A DNA stretch of 64,000 nt from Octopus vulgaris (GCA_951406725.2 OX597827.1:78740001-78804000); one strand, 5' to 3'; counted from the first letter of the stretch, positions 24,550 through 38,551 are shown. Notes: generated from the letters alone by a model not told the origin. Program-made: numbers and translations.

Positions 24550-25450
24550 AGACAGCCGTAGTTCCTCCATTAAGTCTTATTTTCCGGAGCTTTGTTCAAA
24601 GATACTTTCATTTAGCTGACTTCCTTCTGTTCAAGAACAGCATCCTAAAAAGAGATCTGAAAAGTTCGGGCAGAGCTGGTGTTGTTCTTGCTGCTCCTGA
24701 TGTTACCCTTCATTTTACACATAAGAGCAATCAAGTCCATTGACGTTAGTGACTTAGTGAAATTACTTCAAGGCCCATTTTTCCCTCTAGTTTCTATGAA
24801 AGTCTTTTTTCTCTTCACTATTATAATCCTTGGTTTTGTCATGTTCCCTTCTGCAAACCAATAAAGTAACAACGTTTGCACTTCCATATTGCACTTAAAT
24901 ATGGAAGGACGAAAGGATTGACATTGCTTAAGTTTGGTCGTCTTTGTGAAATTGTGACACCAACCAGAGGATTGACCTTAATAGCTCAGCTATTGTTGAT
25001 CTTCTGCTGTTGTTTAAAATGTTTGTTTAAACGTTTGTGCTAAACCAAAATAGTCTTTTGTTTTATCTTCCGGGGATTTTATGCAGAACGAGTCACCTGA
25101 AATGGAGTTGTAAATTTCATAGGCAAACTAGCTGGACCCCCAAATCCACCCGTGACCCGTTCTTCCTTAAAGAAAGCCTAGAGTGCAGTCTTCTCGAAGG
25201 TTTTAATGAATGCCATGACTACATAGAGTCCTTTCTTGAATCATAGTTGTGATCATTTTCTTACAATAGGATACGAGGATATATTTTCAACACACCGTCT
25301 TAACAGGTTTTACTATCAGCATTTGGCCACACATTGAACTTCATCTTATCCACCATGTTGTGTACAGATCGAAAAACATTGGGATTTTTGCCAACGTATG
25401 AGGTAAGCTTTCGTAGTATTTTTTAGAAGAAGCAGAGTTCAATTATTTTT
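24550..25450 (-). mobile_element. Highly decayed RTE-like LINE fragment
   Basis: Minus-strand remnants resemble TKLK..QS.VL..L.YGS and the WxGHVxRM region. There are many disablements. Confidence 0.35.
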
Positions 25451-27312
25451 CTCACATTCCTTTCTGTCCACCTTTTAACAACTAAGACTAGCAATCTTCT
25501 CTCATTGTTAATAGTGCTGTCAGGGACGTTGTAACCTTTTGTTGTTGTTCTGCATGTTACCCATTCACCCGTTCTGCTGTGCTTGTTGTTGCCTTTATTG
25601 TCTAAGAATCTCGACAATTGTAAAGGGTCACACAAAAAAGAAACCTTACTTGGTTGGGAATTTAACTTCTGTAGTAAATTTAGTAGTAATTTCCTTGTTT
25701 AACCGAATACTTCAGTTGTCCAAATATTCCCTTAAAATATTAAGCCGTGAGATTGAACAGATGAGAGACAGATGGTCTTAACAATGTCCTTTAATTTGGT
25801 GCCACCATCTTCCAAGATAGAATCCTGATTTGTCTTTGGTGAATTGATAAAGTATATATCAGGAAGATATTAAATAAACGACCAATCAGTTATAATTTAA
25901 CCTTGCAAAAAAAGGAAAATATGCTAGAGAGAGAGAGAGAGAGAAATACATTTTTCTTAAGGTGTTCCCCTTTATTTGTCCAAGAGGTTTATGTATGAAT
26001 ATCTGAATCTATGTAATGTATGTGTATATGTAATGCTTGAGTGTTGCATGTTCGTTTGCATAGAATTTTAATCCATAAACTCAGTGACAGGATTTCACAA
26101 GAAAACCTTATCTATATACACAGACATTTTTAAGTGTGTATGTGTGTGCGTTAAAGTATACATGTTTGGTGGGCTGACATGCAAACTAGATTCAACAACA
26201 ACAGCCACAACAACAATAATAATAATATGTTAATAGGAAATTGTGAAGAAGCAGGGACTTTAAAGTGTTTACACCGGCTGCAATAAGTAAATAAATTATC
26301 TAATCTATGTTTGGTTTGGTTTTTTTTTTAAACCCCAGAATATTTTTCAAGTTCGATATTCAAAACGTTTCACTTTAAACAAGAGACATTCGTCGCTGAT
26401 ACGGATTTTTGTTTTTTTTTCCGCTTTCTGTTTTGTTGTTGTTGTTGTTGTTGAAGTGTTGGAAGCAGATGGAGCCCTCGCCTGGCCTGAGAGAGGGTGC
26501 AAGGCTGCTGTCGAGCGAAGAACTGGATGAGTGGGCGGTAAAGCAGAACAGCACCAACTCCAGACAAGTGCGCAAGACTTAGGCTGTCATTTAAACCCGA
26601 CACTCGGCTGGAATTTCGGAGGTTTTTTATGTTGTTTTTGTTGATGTTTCGTGTTTTGCTTGTTTTTGGCTGTTGTTGTTGTTGTTGATGTTTTTTGCCC
26701 CCAACCACGAACCAGGCAGGGATAGAAAGAAGACAAAAAAAAATATGTCGACAAATTGTTATCTTATGTGTTTGCCTTCATCTATTTATTGAAGATGTGC
26801 TTCGTAAATTTCATTGCATTGTTTCATCTTTCACCCTTTCTCTATTCATCCATCCATCCACATATATATACATATATTTAATACATATATAGCGTGACAA
26901 AGTGACCTTACTTCATTACACACAAACATACTAATACACATACACATACACACTCGTACACATTAACACACGTATATACACTTCGTTTTTCTTTCTCTCA
27001 ATCACGCACAGGCATTTATACACATTGACATACACACACATTCTCTCTTGCTCTCATACACACACACACACTCAAATGCATATACACTATCATAGGCACA
27101 CATACACACACACACACACACAAATGTATAGCTGTGTGTGTGTGTGTGTGTCTACATGCATTTGTAATGTGTATATCTGCTCAAAACAACTTCCTCTCAT
27201 GTATGTATGTGTAGCTGATAGTGTACTATATATATATTTGTATATGTTTATCGATGTAGAAAATTAGGGTGAACAATATACATGTATGAATGCGTATCTA
27301 CATGTCAGTCTT

Positions 27313-27369
<57 letters not shown>

Positions 27370-27944
27370 ACATGTCTATGTACCTGTGGGTGACTGTGAA
27401 TATACATGTCTGTATGTATTCATAGGTATGCGTGTGAATATGCCTGCATATCAGTGCATAGGTGTGAAGATGTGTACTTGGCTGTGTTTATGTGTGTGTT
27501 ATGTCTGCATAGGTGTGAATATATCTACGTTTGTGTGTGTTTGTGTGTATGCTTAATGTGTCTGTGTACATAAATGTCTGTGCGTGTACATATCTGTATG
27601 TGTATATGTCTGTATGTGTACTTATCTGTATGTGTATATGTCTGTATATGTACGCTTGTATGCGTGTGCATGTCTATATGGATACGAATATGGTTTTATG
27701 CACGTAAGTGTACATGTCGGTATATGTGTATGTACATGTATGTGAATATGTGTCTATCTGTGTGCGTATACATGTGTGTGTATATGTGTGTGAATGTACT
27801 TATACATGTCTATGTATCTATATATGTGTACCTTTATGCATGGACATATAAGTGTATATATATGTATGTGTTCATTTACGCCTGTACATGTCTAAGAGTA
27901 TGAATATATGTCAATGTATGTGTACATGTCTGTGTAAATATACG

Positions 27945-28325
27945 TATGTATGTACACGTCTGCGTATGTGTGTGTGTATGTACACGTCTGCGTATGTATA
28001 TGTGTGTGTACACGTCTGCGTATGTATGTGTGTATGTATACGTCTGCGTATGTATGTATGTACACGTCTGCGTATGTATGTGTGTGTGTGTACACGTCTG
28101 CGTATGTATGTGTGTATGTACACGTCTGCGTATGTATGTGTGTATGTACACGTCTGCGTATGTATGTGTGTATGTACACGTCTGCGTATGTATGTGTGTA
28201 TGTACACGTCTGCGTATGTATGTGTGTATGTAGACGTCTGCGTATGTGTGTGTGTATGTACATGTCTGCGTATGTATGTGTGTATGTAGACGTCTGCGTA
28301 TGTATGTGTGTATGTACATGTCTGT
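27945..28325. repeat. Minisatellite with 28-bp unit TGTACACGTCTGCGTATGTATGTGTGTA, about 13-14 copies
   Basis: Directly visible tandem units, with length variation in the TG/TA part. Confidence 0.9.
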
Positions 28326-28559
28326 ATATGCATATGTGTCTATTTAAGCCAGCCGATGGAATGTAGACGGAAAGAAACGAGTGTGTGTGTGTGTGAGAGA
28401 GAGTGCGCGCGCGCGCGAGGTTCCATGCAAACTGTGTGCATGTATGTGTGGGGGGATGGGTGAGGAGAGAATTTGTATTTGACACATGTAACTGTCTGTG
28501 TGTGTGTGTGTATGTGTGTATATATATATGTGTGTGTGTGTGAGTGTATGTGTGTCGTT

Positions 28560-29850
28560 GTAGCTGTGGATATGCTGTGTCTGTGTGTGCGTCTGGTGGA
28601 TATGCTGTGTGTACGTATGTATGTCGATATGCAAATGTGTGTATGTGTGTGTGTTTGTATTTGTACATGCTATGTCTGTGTGTGCGTCTGTGGATATGCA
28701 CTGTGTCTGTGTGAACGTTTGTATGTCGATATGTAAATGTGGGTGTTCGTATATATGCGCTGTGTGTCTGTGTGTGCGTCTGTGGATATGCTGTGTGTCT
28801 GTGTGTGCGTCTGTATGTCGATATGCAAATGTGTGTGTGTATTTGTACATGCTGTGTCTGTGTGTGCGTCTGTGGATATGCTGTGTGTCTGTGTGTGCGT
28901 CTGTACATATGCTGTGTGTCTGTGTGTGCGGCTGTAGATATGCTGTGTGTCTGTGTGCGTTTGTTTGTCGATATGTAAATGTGGGTGTTTGTATATGCGC
29001 TGTGTCTGTGTGTACGTATGTGTGTGCGTCTGTATGTCGATGTGTAAATGTGTGTGTGTATTTGGACATGCTGTGTCTGTGTGTGCGTCTGTAGATATGC
29101 TGTGTGTGTGTGTGCGTTTGTATTTACATATGTGGGTGTTTGTATTTACATATGCGTTGTGTCTGTGTGTGCGTTTGTGGATATGCTGTGTGTCTGTGTG
29201 TGCGTTTGTATGTCGATATGTAAATATGTTTGTATATGCTCTGTGTGTGTATGCAAATATGCTGTGTCTGTGTGCGTTTATGCGTGCTTGTAGATATGCA
29301 GTGCGTGTCGATGGGCTGTGTCTGTGTGTGCGTTTGTGAATATGCTCGTAGATATGTTAGTGTGTACGTATTCTCAGTATGTAGGTGTGTGTGTGTGTGT
29401 GTAGATATGCTGTGTCTGTGTGTGCGTGAGCATGTTAATATGTAGGCGTGTATTTGCATATGTTACGTTTGTGCGTATCTGTTGTAGGCAGGCTGTCTGT
29501 GTGTGCGTATGTGTGTCAATATGTAGGTGTGCAGTGGCTGGTGTGTGTGCGTATGTGTGTCTGCATATGCTGAGCCTCTCTGTGTGTGTGTGCTTGTAGA
29601 TATACTGTGTCTGTGTGTGCGTTTGTGTGTCAATATGTAAACGTATGTCTGTAGATATGCTGTGGCTGTATGCGTGTGTGTGTGTATAAACTGAGTGTGT
29701 CTATGTATGCGTGTATGTGTGTGTGTGTCTAGATATGCTGTGGCTGTATGCGTGTATAAACTGAGTGTGTCTAGATATGCTGTCTGTATGCGTGTGTGTG
29801 TGTGTGTATAAACTGAGTGTGTCTGTGTCTATGCTGTATCTGTGTGTGCG
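28560..29850. repeat. Compound minisatellite built on GATATGCTGTGTGTCTGTGTGTGCGT units
   Basis: Repeated ~30-bp units interleaved with GTATGTCGATATG(C/T)AAATGTG units in a higher-order pattern. Confidence 0.85.
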
Positions 29851-30267
29851 TTTTCTCCTCATGCATGTAGTTATGTGTATGTGTGCGTGAGTGCGCTATC
29901 TCTGCATGAGTGTGTTTATGCTTGTATTTGTGTGTGTTTTCCAGGCTACGTGTTGTGTATGATGAGTGTACACTGTATTGTGTGTATGACTATATACTCT
30001 CCTGTGTGTATGTGTGTGTGTATACATGTCTGTATGTATCGCTCCTCCTCCTTGTAGTTACCTGATTTCTGAAGGTTCCCGTTGGTATGTATGTTAATAT
30101 GTGTCTATATATTTGTTTGTATATATATGTAGATATATTGCGTATATAGGTGTGTGTGTGTACTTGTGTGCGTCTATGTACAGTTGTTTATGTGTCTATG
30201 TGTAAAATTTATATGTATGTATAATTGTTTGTGTATGTGTATATTTATACATCGATGTCTATATATA

Positions 30268-30309
<42 letters not shown>

Positions 30310-31019
30310 TATATGTATATTTGTGTGTCTATATGTATATATATATATATATATTTCTGTCCGTCTCTGTATGTCTGTCTGTCTATACAACAAATATACT
30401 ATTTGAGTTATATATATATATATATGCTCCGAATGTGTATAATTATACACTCGTAGCATATCAACATATATCAACGCACACACTCACACACACACACATA
30501 CATACATATACATATATATATACACACATACACACATACACATATATACACTCATACACACATACATACACACTCATACACACACATACATACACATATA
30601 TATACACACACACATACATACACATATATACACACACTCATACACACAAAGTCAACATTTGTTGGAATATTGAATATATTTCGGTAGTCTTAGATTCATT
30701 TTATTTTTCAAGGAAAATGTTGACAGTGACTTCGAAGTGTCGGCTTAGCTGCATAGACATGCACCCGCACACACATCATTCGGGTATATAATCACACACA
30801 CACGGTGTATGTATATTGCCTGTCTACATGTTTATCGAATACTACGAACATCTACACTCACACACACATGTCTGTATACACTCTCACACACACACACACA
30901 GTACAGATGTGCTTGAATGTTAAAGTATGCCTACACTACACATTATGTGTCCGTATAATGTATGTTTGCGTATATATTTGTATATATCTGTGTTCATGAA
31001 TATATGTATATACACATAT

Positions 31020-31672
31020 GCTGATATATATGTGTGTGTGTATATTGATTTATGTGTGTATATTGTTGTGTGTGTGTGTGTCTATATATATTGTTGTGTG
31101 TGTGTGTCTATATATTGTTGTGTGTGTGTATGTATATTGTTGTATGCGTGTATATATATTGTTGTGTGTGTATGTGTGTGTGTGTATATATATTGTTGTG
31201 TGTGTGTGTATATATATTGTTGTGTGTGTGTATATATATATATTGTGTGTGTATATATATTGTTGTATGTGTGTGTATATATATATTGTGTGTGTGTGTG
31301 TGTATATATATATATTGTGTGTATATATATTGTTGTATGTGTGTGTGTATATATATATATATTGTGTGTGTGTGTATATATATATTGTGTGTGTATATAT
31401 ATATATATTGTGTGTGTGTATATATATATTGTTGTATGTGTGTGTGTATATATATATTGTTGTGTGTGTGTGTATATATATATTGTGTGTGTATATATAT
31501 TGTTGTGTGTGTGTATATATATATATTGTGTGTGTGTATATATATTGATATGTGTATATATATTGATGTGTGTGTGTGTGTATATATATATATATTGATA
31601 TGTGTTTATATATTGACGTGTGTGTGTGTATGTATATATTGATATGTTGATGTGTGTGTGTGTGTGTGTGTG
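31020..31672. repeat. Minisatellite (TA)nTTG(TTG)(TG)n, unit ~20-25 bp
   Basis: Visible tandem units of TATATATTGTTGTGTGTGTG. Confidence 0.9.
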
Positions 31673-31809
31673 TTTAAATCTGCTACGGATGTATATATGG
31701 CTACATGCGACAGATGGTTGTCTGGATATTCTAATTCTTCCCACTTCATTCTTTCTCTCTTTCTGTCCGTCGTCTTCCTGTCTTTCCTTTTTTTTTATCT
31801 AATATGTAT

Positions 31810-32165
31810 TTGTACAGCGTGTACCGCCGATGTATATATCGCCCTCCGCGCGTGCCTGTGTGTCTATGAGTGCATAAAATGTAGATTTCTACAACTGCAT
31901 GTTTGGTCAGTCGGTCGCTGTCGGTGGTCTCCGTACGATCGCAGAGACAGCGGCGGCCGCGGTGTCTTTACACACGTAAGCACACACACACACACACACA
32001 CACACACTCAAGTGGTTTATCTATGCACTTACATGTGCGTCTGCCTCGTGAATGTGTGTGTCTGTGTGTCCTGTTTGAGCATAAGCTTTCTCACTCTCCC
32101 CGCTCCCACCATCCACACACACACACATTTTCGATATTGGTGTTATTGGTATTTTAAAGGTAAAT
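31810..32165 (+). promoter_or_regulatory. Candidate CpG-rich promoter and first exon, possibly of the 1027-aa ZNF gene
   Basis: Unusual CpG density (CGCCCTCCGCGCG, GCGGCGGCCGCGG). Donor-like sites on the plus strand at ~31976 (GTAAGC) and 32160 (AAG|GTAAAT), and on the minus strand at ~32027-32032 (GTAAGT). Confidence 0.4.
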
Positions 32166-32372
32166 TGTAAGCCGCAAGTAAAATTCACTGAAAATAGGAT
32201 TCGATCTGCATACTGAAGTACAAATGTTTCGTTATACAAAAATAAAATACAGAGTGATTGGGACTTCGAAATTTCGACTGTGTTGGTTTGTCAGACTAAC
32301 TTGTTACAGTTGGAAATATGAGGTCAAAGTCACTCGGCATTTCTGTTATGATGATGATGATGATGATGATGA

Positions 32373-33615
32373 TCCTTTCTGCTGAAAGCCCAAGGCTTGG
32401 AATTTGAGAGGAGGGGCGGATAGCTGATTACATTGACCCCAATGTTTCACTGGTACTTAATTTATTGACCCCGAAAGGATGAAAGTCAAAGTGAACCTCA
32501 GCAGAATTTGAACTCAGAACCTAAAGATGGATGAAATGCCTATTTCTTTACTACCCACAAGGGGCTAAACACAGAGAGGACAAACAAGGACAGACAGGCG
32601 GATTAAGTTGATTATATCGACCCCAGTGCGTAACTGGTACTTATTTAATCGACCCCGAAAGGATGAAAGGCAAAGTCGACCTCGGCGGAATTTGAACTCA
32701 GAACGTAACGGCTACGCATTTCGCCCTCTCCCTCTTCCAGTGCTTGACTGGTTCTTACTTTATCAACCCTGAAAGGATGCGAAGCAAAGTTAACCTTGGT
32801 GAAATCTGAACTCAGAATGTAGTGGCAGACGAAATACCACTACGCATTTCGCCCGGCGTGCTAACGATTCTACCAGCTCGCCGCCTTAGTCGACCTTGGC
32901 GGAATTTGAACTCAGATGGCTGAAATGCTGCTAAGCATGTCACCTGACGTGCTAACTAACGACCCTGCCACCTTGCCACTTTAATAATAATGGTTTCAAA
33001 TTTTGGCACAACACCGGCAATTTCGAGAGAGGAGGGTAATTACTCACTTCACCCTCTCCCTCCCCCAGTGCTTGACTGGTTCTTACTTTATCAACCCTGA
33101 AAGGATGCGAAGCAAAGTTAACCTTGGTGAAATCTGAACTCAGAATGTAAAGATGGATGTAAAGACTGCTAAGAATTTTGTTCAGCCTGCTAATGACTCT
33201 GCCAGCTTTCTACTAATGGCACAAGGCCCTGAAATTTGCGGGGAGAGGTTAAGTTGATTACATCGACCCCAGTGTTCAACTGGTACTTATTTTATTGACC
33301 CCAGTGGCATTTGAACTCGGAACATTAAGTCAGGTGAAATGCCTGTAAGCCTTTTGCCTGGCATGCTAACGATTCTGCCAATTTCCTGCCTAATAATAAT
33401 GGTTTCAAATTTTGCCACAAGGGCAGCAATTTGGGGGGAGGGGATGAGTCAATTGCATCGACCCCCAGTGTTCAACTGGTAATTATTTTATTGACCCTGA
33501 AAGGATAAAAGGCAAAGTCAACCTCAGCTGAATTTGAACTCAGATCAGAGTGATGAGCGAAATACCGCTAAGCATTTCATCCAGCGTGCTAATGATTCTG
33601 CCAGCTTGCCATATG

Positions 33616-33684
<69 letters not shown>

Positions 33685-34080
33685 GTTTCAAATTTTGCCA
33701 CAAGGGCAGCAATTTTGGGGGCAGGAAATGAGTCGATTTCATTGACCCCAGTGTTCAACTGGTACTTATGTTATTGACCCCAAAAGGATGAAAGGTAAAG
33801 TCAGCCTTGGCGGAATTTGAACTCAGAATGTAGCAAAAAGCGAAATACTGCCAAGCATTTTGTTTATTGTGGAAATGATTCTGTCAGTTCACTGCCATGA
33901 TGATGATGATGGTGGTGGTGGGGGGGGGGTTTTCAAATTTTGGCACAAGGCCAGCAGGTTTAGGGATGGGGCTGTCTATTTAATTGGCCCCAGTATTCAA
34001 CTGGTACTTATTTTGTCGGCCCCAAAAGGATGAAAGGAAAAGTCAACCTTGGTGAAATTTGAACTCTGAATGTGAAGAGT
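32373..34080 (-). mobile_element. Cluster of about 9 co-oriented SINE family A copies and fragments
   Basis: Repeated GAAAGGATGAAAGGCAAAGTCGACC...GAATTTGAACTC cores separated by (AAT)n or (GAT)n tails. Confidence 0.85.
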
Positions 34081-35457
34081 TGGCTACTTTTCATGTTGGC
34101 ATGGGTTGGAGGAGTCTTACTTTTTAACATCTATTTTGGCATGGTTTCTATGGCTCTATGCTCTTCCTAAAACCAAGCACTTTATAGAGAGTACTCACTC
34201 ACACTCACTCATGCTCTTTCTCGATGTGGTTTGGGGTCATCCCAGGTTAGCGGTCCCAGAGACTTCATCATGTGTAGAGCTGACCAAGTCCACCAGTGCC
34301 CACCTCCCCATTGTCAGTGGCCCCATGCCAGCCCCTTGTTGGTTGGGGGCATGCAGGTGTCCATTCTGATGTTGAGCAGTCCAGATACTACTGATCAGTG
34401 TATAACAAGTTGAGGGTTCTTCTGGGTGGGCCACCCTAGGCAGGCTGGTCTCCTGCAGAAGTTCCCGACTAACAGTAACATCAGCTCATCACCAAGTTAG
34501 TAGCCCCCATCATCCAACTAATCTACAGCATCCTCTGCAGAATTGTTGGCTGGTGGGTCTGCCATCTGGGCAACAAGCTAACACTGCAGGTCACCATTAG
34601 TCTGAAACCTTCCCAGGAGACAAGTCCACCTAGGGTGGCCCTACCAGGAGCAAAGCTCTCAACAGTCATGCTGTCTTGGTTCTACAGAACATGGAAGTCA
34701 CCTCACCACAACAGGAGCAGACCAGGAAGAGGATTATAGAGAGTACTGAGGGCATTTTGTTCCTTTTGAGACATCACCATACAGAGGTTGTCCAAGCTCT
34801 CGGCAAGACTAAAGTGTTCTCTCAACATTGCATTATATCTGCTCAATTCACCAATCACTTTATGGAGTATACTGGATGCTTTTTTACATGGTATCCATAT
34901 TAATGATGTCACCTTGTAACTCACAAGACTGAAAACCATGTGCTTTCACATTTTTGCTGAGACCCTCTTCGGTCACGACACTGACCATGGGATTGCACCT
35001 AGAAAGTTACCCTCCCAGGTACAAGTCCAGGCAAGGTTGTTTTATGGAAGACCAGCAGTCGCCCATGCATACCGGCCTCCCCTCTCCACACCACTGATGT
35101 TATCCAAGGGAAAGGCAAAGGGGCCGATACAGCTTGGCACCTGTGATGTCACAGCTCATTTCTACAGCTGAGTGAACTGGAGCAACGTGAAGTAAAGTAT
35201 CTTGCTCAAGAACACAACATGCAGCCCGGTCCGGGATTCGAACTCACAACCTCACGATCGTAAGCTCGACGCTCTAACCACTGAGTCATGCACCTTCACT
35301 TACTACATATTCACATATTCACATACATATTTTGTTCTAGCTTAATTGGCATCATATGTAATTAGCTCAATTTTGTACTAATTTTCTATAGGGAAGCCAT
35401 AGCTTTCAAAGTCATTTCAAGGTTGTCCCTCTTGTGGTACACAATGCACTCATTGTT

Positions 35458-35473
35458 CCACCAGAGGGCACTG
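35458..35473 (+). promoter_or_regulatory. CTCF-like binding motif
   Basis: CCACCAGAGGGCACTG matches the CTCF core consensus CCASYAGRKGGCRS. Confidence 0.5.
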
Positions 35474-35599
35474 TGAAATGACTTGGTGTTCTGACACCTA
35501 TTGCTGAAAATGAGAATTTTCTTCATAACAACTTGCTGTGAAAATGGCTTTTCTTACAGGTCAAATATGTCCAAGATGTAAACTGATTTAAATGTTTGC

Positions 35600-37065
35600 G
35601 TAAACACAATGCTTTTGGGACCTCTGTTTTGGCATGATGGGAGGGTCTTCTTGAGGACTGCATTTTACCAAACATCATAGTCCTTTGTCATCTCCATGAG
35701 GCTTAACATCCTCAAATTAGCCTTAATTACTTCCTCCCATACTTCCTAGCTTTCCCCTTTTCCTATGTTCCATCCACTGAAGCAATCAAAGCTTCTTTAT
35801 ACACCTACTCTCATCCATACGCATCTCCTTTCCATACAAACATGGTCTCCTCTTTTGCTCATAACACCCGATTCCTCTTGTACCCAGTTTTTACAGTTTC
35901 TCACTTTCCTTCATGCACACTCGTATGGCATATACAGCAGTGAATGCTGGCTTTAGTTTCTCTCTACTCCTTGCAAGTTCTCTGCACTCACGGCTCATGT
36001 CTCACCATCGCATAACATTGTAATTCGTACACAAGCATCATACGATCTGCCTTTCGCTCTGAGAGAGAAACATTTTCTTACCAGCAATGGCAATGGCTCT
36101 CTGAACTCTCTCCAACCTGTTCTTACTCTGGTTATATTTTTAGAACATCCTCCTCCACTACTAATTAGGTCATTTAGATAACAGGAGCTATCCTCTACAT
36201 CAAGTGGTCAAAAAAAAAACTAACAAACAAAGAAAAACAAAAAAAACTCTCCCAGATTCACCATTCTTGATAAATGGTTTAACTGCAAATGCACAGTGTG
36301 CACCAGTATGAATCATGACCGTAACTGAAAAATGAATAAATACCAGTAAAACATTTGCTATATAAAGACACTATTTCCACCTGCCCAAATTCCCTACCAC
36401 CATACCAATGGCTTTGTACAATACAGGAGATTTTCCATGTACTTTTAGAGATCCTCCTGGAGATATGCGGGCATCTACTTCCCATTCATTCTTAGTCTTT
36501 ATTGCTTTTGACTTCCTGTGATTCCACTCTGTCTCTTATGTGTCCAGTGTTTCTACTAAGTATACCACATGCAATTTCTACCTGATATTTTCTACATGTC
36601 AAATAGGATTGTTTCCTAAAGAGGGTAGAATCCCATCTGTTTTTTCTTGCTTATTAAAACTTTGGTCTTTGCTAAATTAAATTCTAAGACCCTTATGATT
36701 CCAGGCTTTACTTCTGCCCCTGGAATCTCTTTTTCTGATTCTGCTACAAGTTCCACCATAAAAACAAAGTCATCAGCAGAGAGAGGAGTTCCCATGAGCA
36801 TCTGATCTTAAATTTCTTTGTTGTAACTTCAAGAGCCATGATAAGTAGAATGGGACTAAGAACTGAGCCCCAGTGGACCCTTTCTTGTGCACTGAATTTG
36901 TTTTAAAGTACTCATTGCTAACTCTCACCTTACTCACAACATCTTTATACATGGCTTGTTTGGCTCTCGTCAGCCATTCATCCACCCCTAACTTCCTCAA
37001 AATCAAATGGTCACAGAAGGAGGGACCTTGTTAAAGGCTTTCTCTAGTTCGACAAATGCCAACTA
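35600..37065 (-). mobile_element. RTE-clade LINE reverse transcriptase relic
   Basis: Motifs AFVELEKAFN, LRKLGVDEWLTRA, PLSADD (cf. LLYADD) and NLAKTKVL, with similarity to the element at 2620-3230. Confidence 0.8.
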
Positions 37066-37328
37066 CAATAGTTATATATATATCATCATTGTCGTTTAAT
37101 GTCCACTTTCCATGCTGGCATGGGTTGGACGGTTTGACTGAGGTCTGGAGAGCCAGAAGGCTGCACCAGGCTCCAATCTGATCTGGCAGAGTTTCTACAG
37201 CTGGATGCCCTTCTTAATGCCAACCACTCCAAGAGTGTAGTGGGTGCTTTTTACATGCCACCAGCACGAGGGCCAATCAGGTGGTACTGGCATACTCATA
37301 CACACACACACACACATACACACACACG

Positions 37329-37362
<34 letters not shown>

Positions 37363-37365
<3 letters not shown>

Positions 37366-38550
37366 CAGAAATAAATAGACACCCTTATAATTATTAAAAT
37401 TTATTTAAATCTGAAATTATTATAAAATCAATTATTATAAAGTGAATATCTAATATTTAGTAGGCATGTCCTTTGCATTTTTCGATGCAAGAATCCTGTA
37501 AGGCATGCTACTGATCAGATAACAAATATTCTCTCAGTGAATTTCTTGCCAAGTTTCATCCAGTAATCTCAAAAGATCTGGTTTTGAAGATGCTTCCTTG
37601 TTCTTTTTATGAAGTGTCCTGTCCATTATGTCCGAAAGGTGTTCAATTGGGTTCATATATGGTGACTGACTTGGCCATGGACGTTTTTTAGTGCCATTCT
37701 CTTCCAACTAATCTTGGGTCATTTTAGCCGTGTGACAAGTAGTCCTATCTTCCATAAATAGTCTTCTTTAATCATTTGTGCAATATGGACATATATTTAT
37801 CCAAGTTTATGTTTCCCTCACACTCCACCAGCTCTGATCAACAATTGCTCTAAACTGCTCCCCAGACCTTCACAGAATTGCTGCCTTGTATCATTGTTGG
37901 CAATAATCTTTTCATGTCAAATTCTTGATCACTGTGTCTCCAGACCCACACTCGACCACTGTCAGGAAATACAGCAAATCTGGACTCATCAGAGAATATG
38001 ACAGTGTCCCAAAATGCTAGTGGCCTCTCCACCATCTCACTGGCCCAATCTTTTCTCTGATTGGTATTGGCCGGTCAAAGAAGTGGTTTCCTTCTTGCTG
38101 TTCTGCCATTGAAACTAAGTTTGTGGTGATACCTGACAGCTGTTGAGACTGACATCAACTTGTTCTGCTATGTCAGAGACCTTGCAATGAGGATTATCCT
38201 CCACACTCCACTTAACAAAGCAATGGGTCCTGTCAGAGGGCCCTGGTCAACCTGGGTAAAGGGATGTGGACTCCTTCCCCTCTCTGGTGAATTGCCCAAT
38301 CGCCCTATTAACTGTAGAAAGTGGAGTCCCAAGGTTTTCTGCAATTTTATGCTAAGTCCACTTTCAGATTGACCCACAATACGGCCTCTTTGAAATTTGG
38401 ACAGTTCCAAAGCTTCTTTCGTACGTGGCATGATTAAACAGTCACATATAGAACCTGAAACATAAAAATGTCAACTAATAAAAAACATAAACATTTCCAA
38501 GTTAAATAAACATAAAACAATGTTTTATGGGGGATCTACTTCTGTCATGT
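37363..38550 (-). mobile_element. Tc1-family DNA transposon with decayed transposase
   Basis: N-terminus MPRTKEALELSKFQRGRIVG, VIFSDESRF (first Asp), VKVWGA, and WPSQSPYMNPIEHL (DD34E-type end). Degenerate TIR-like ends abut CA/TA microsatellites. Confidence 0.85.
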
Positions 38551-38551
38551 C

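Noticed and set aside
26370-26708. 112-aa minus-strand ORF with polyQ runs
   Set aside because: The Q runs come from (CAA)n microsatellites and the start is non-ATG. It is more plausibly UTR or promoter sequence.
27945-28325. Regular 28-bp repeats as a possible CRISPR array
   Set aside because: There are no unique spacers and no cas genes, and the context is eukaryotic. It is a minisatellite.
27025-32170. Many long ORFs rich in C/V/Y/M or H/T/I (up to 338 aa)
   Set aside because: They are translations of TG/CA/TA satellites that lack stops by composition. They are open in several frames and have no domain signal.
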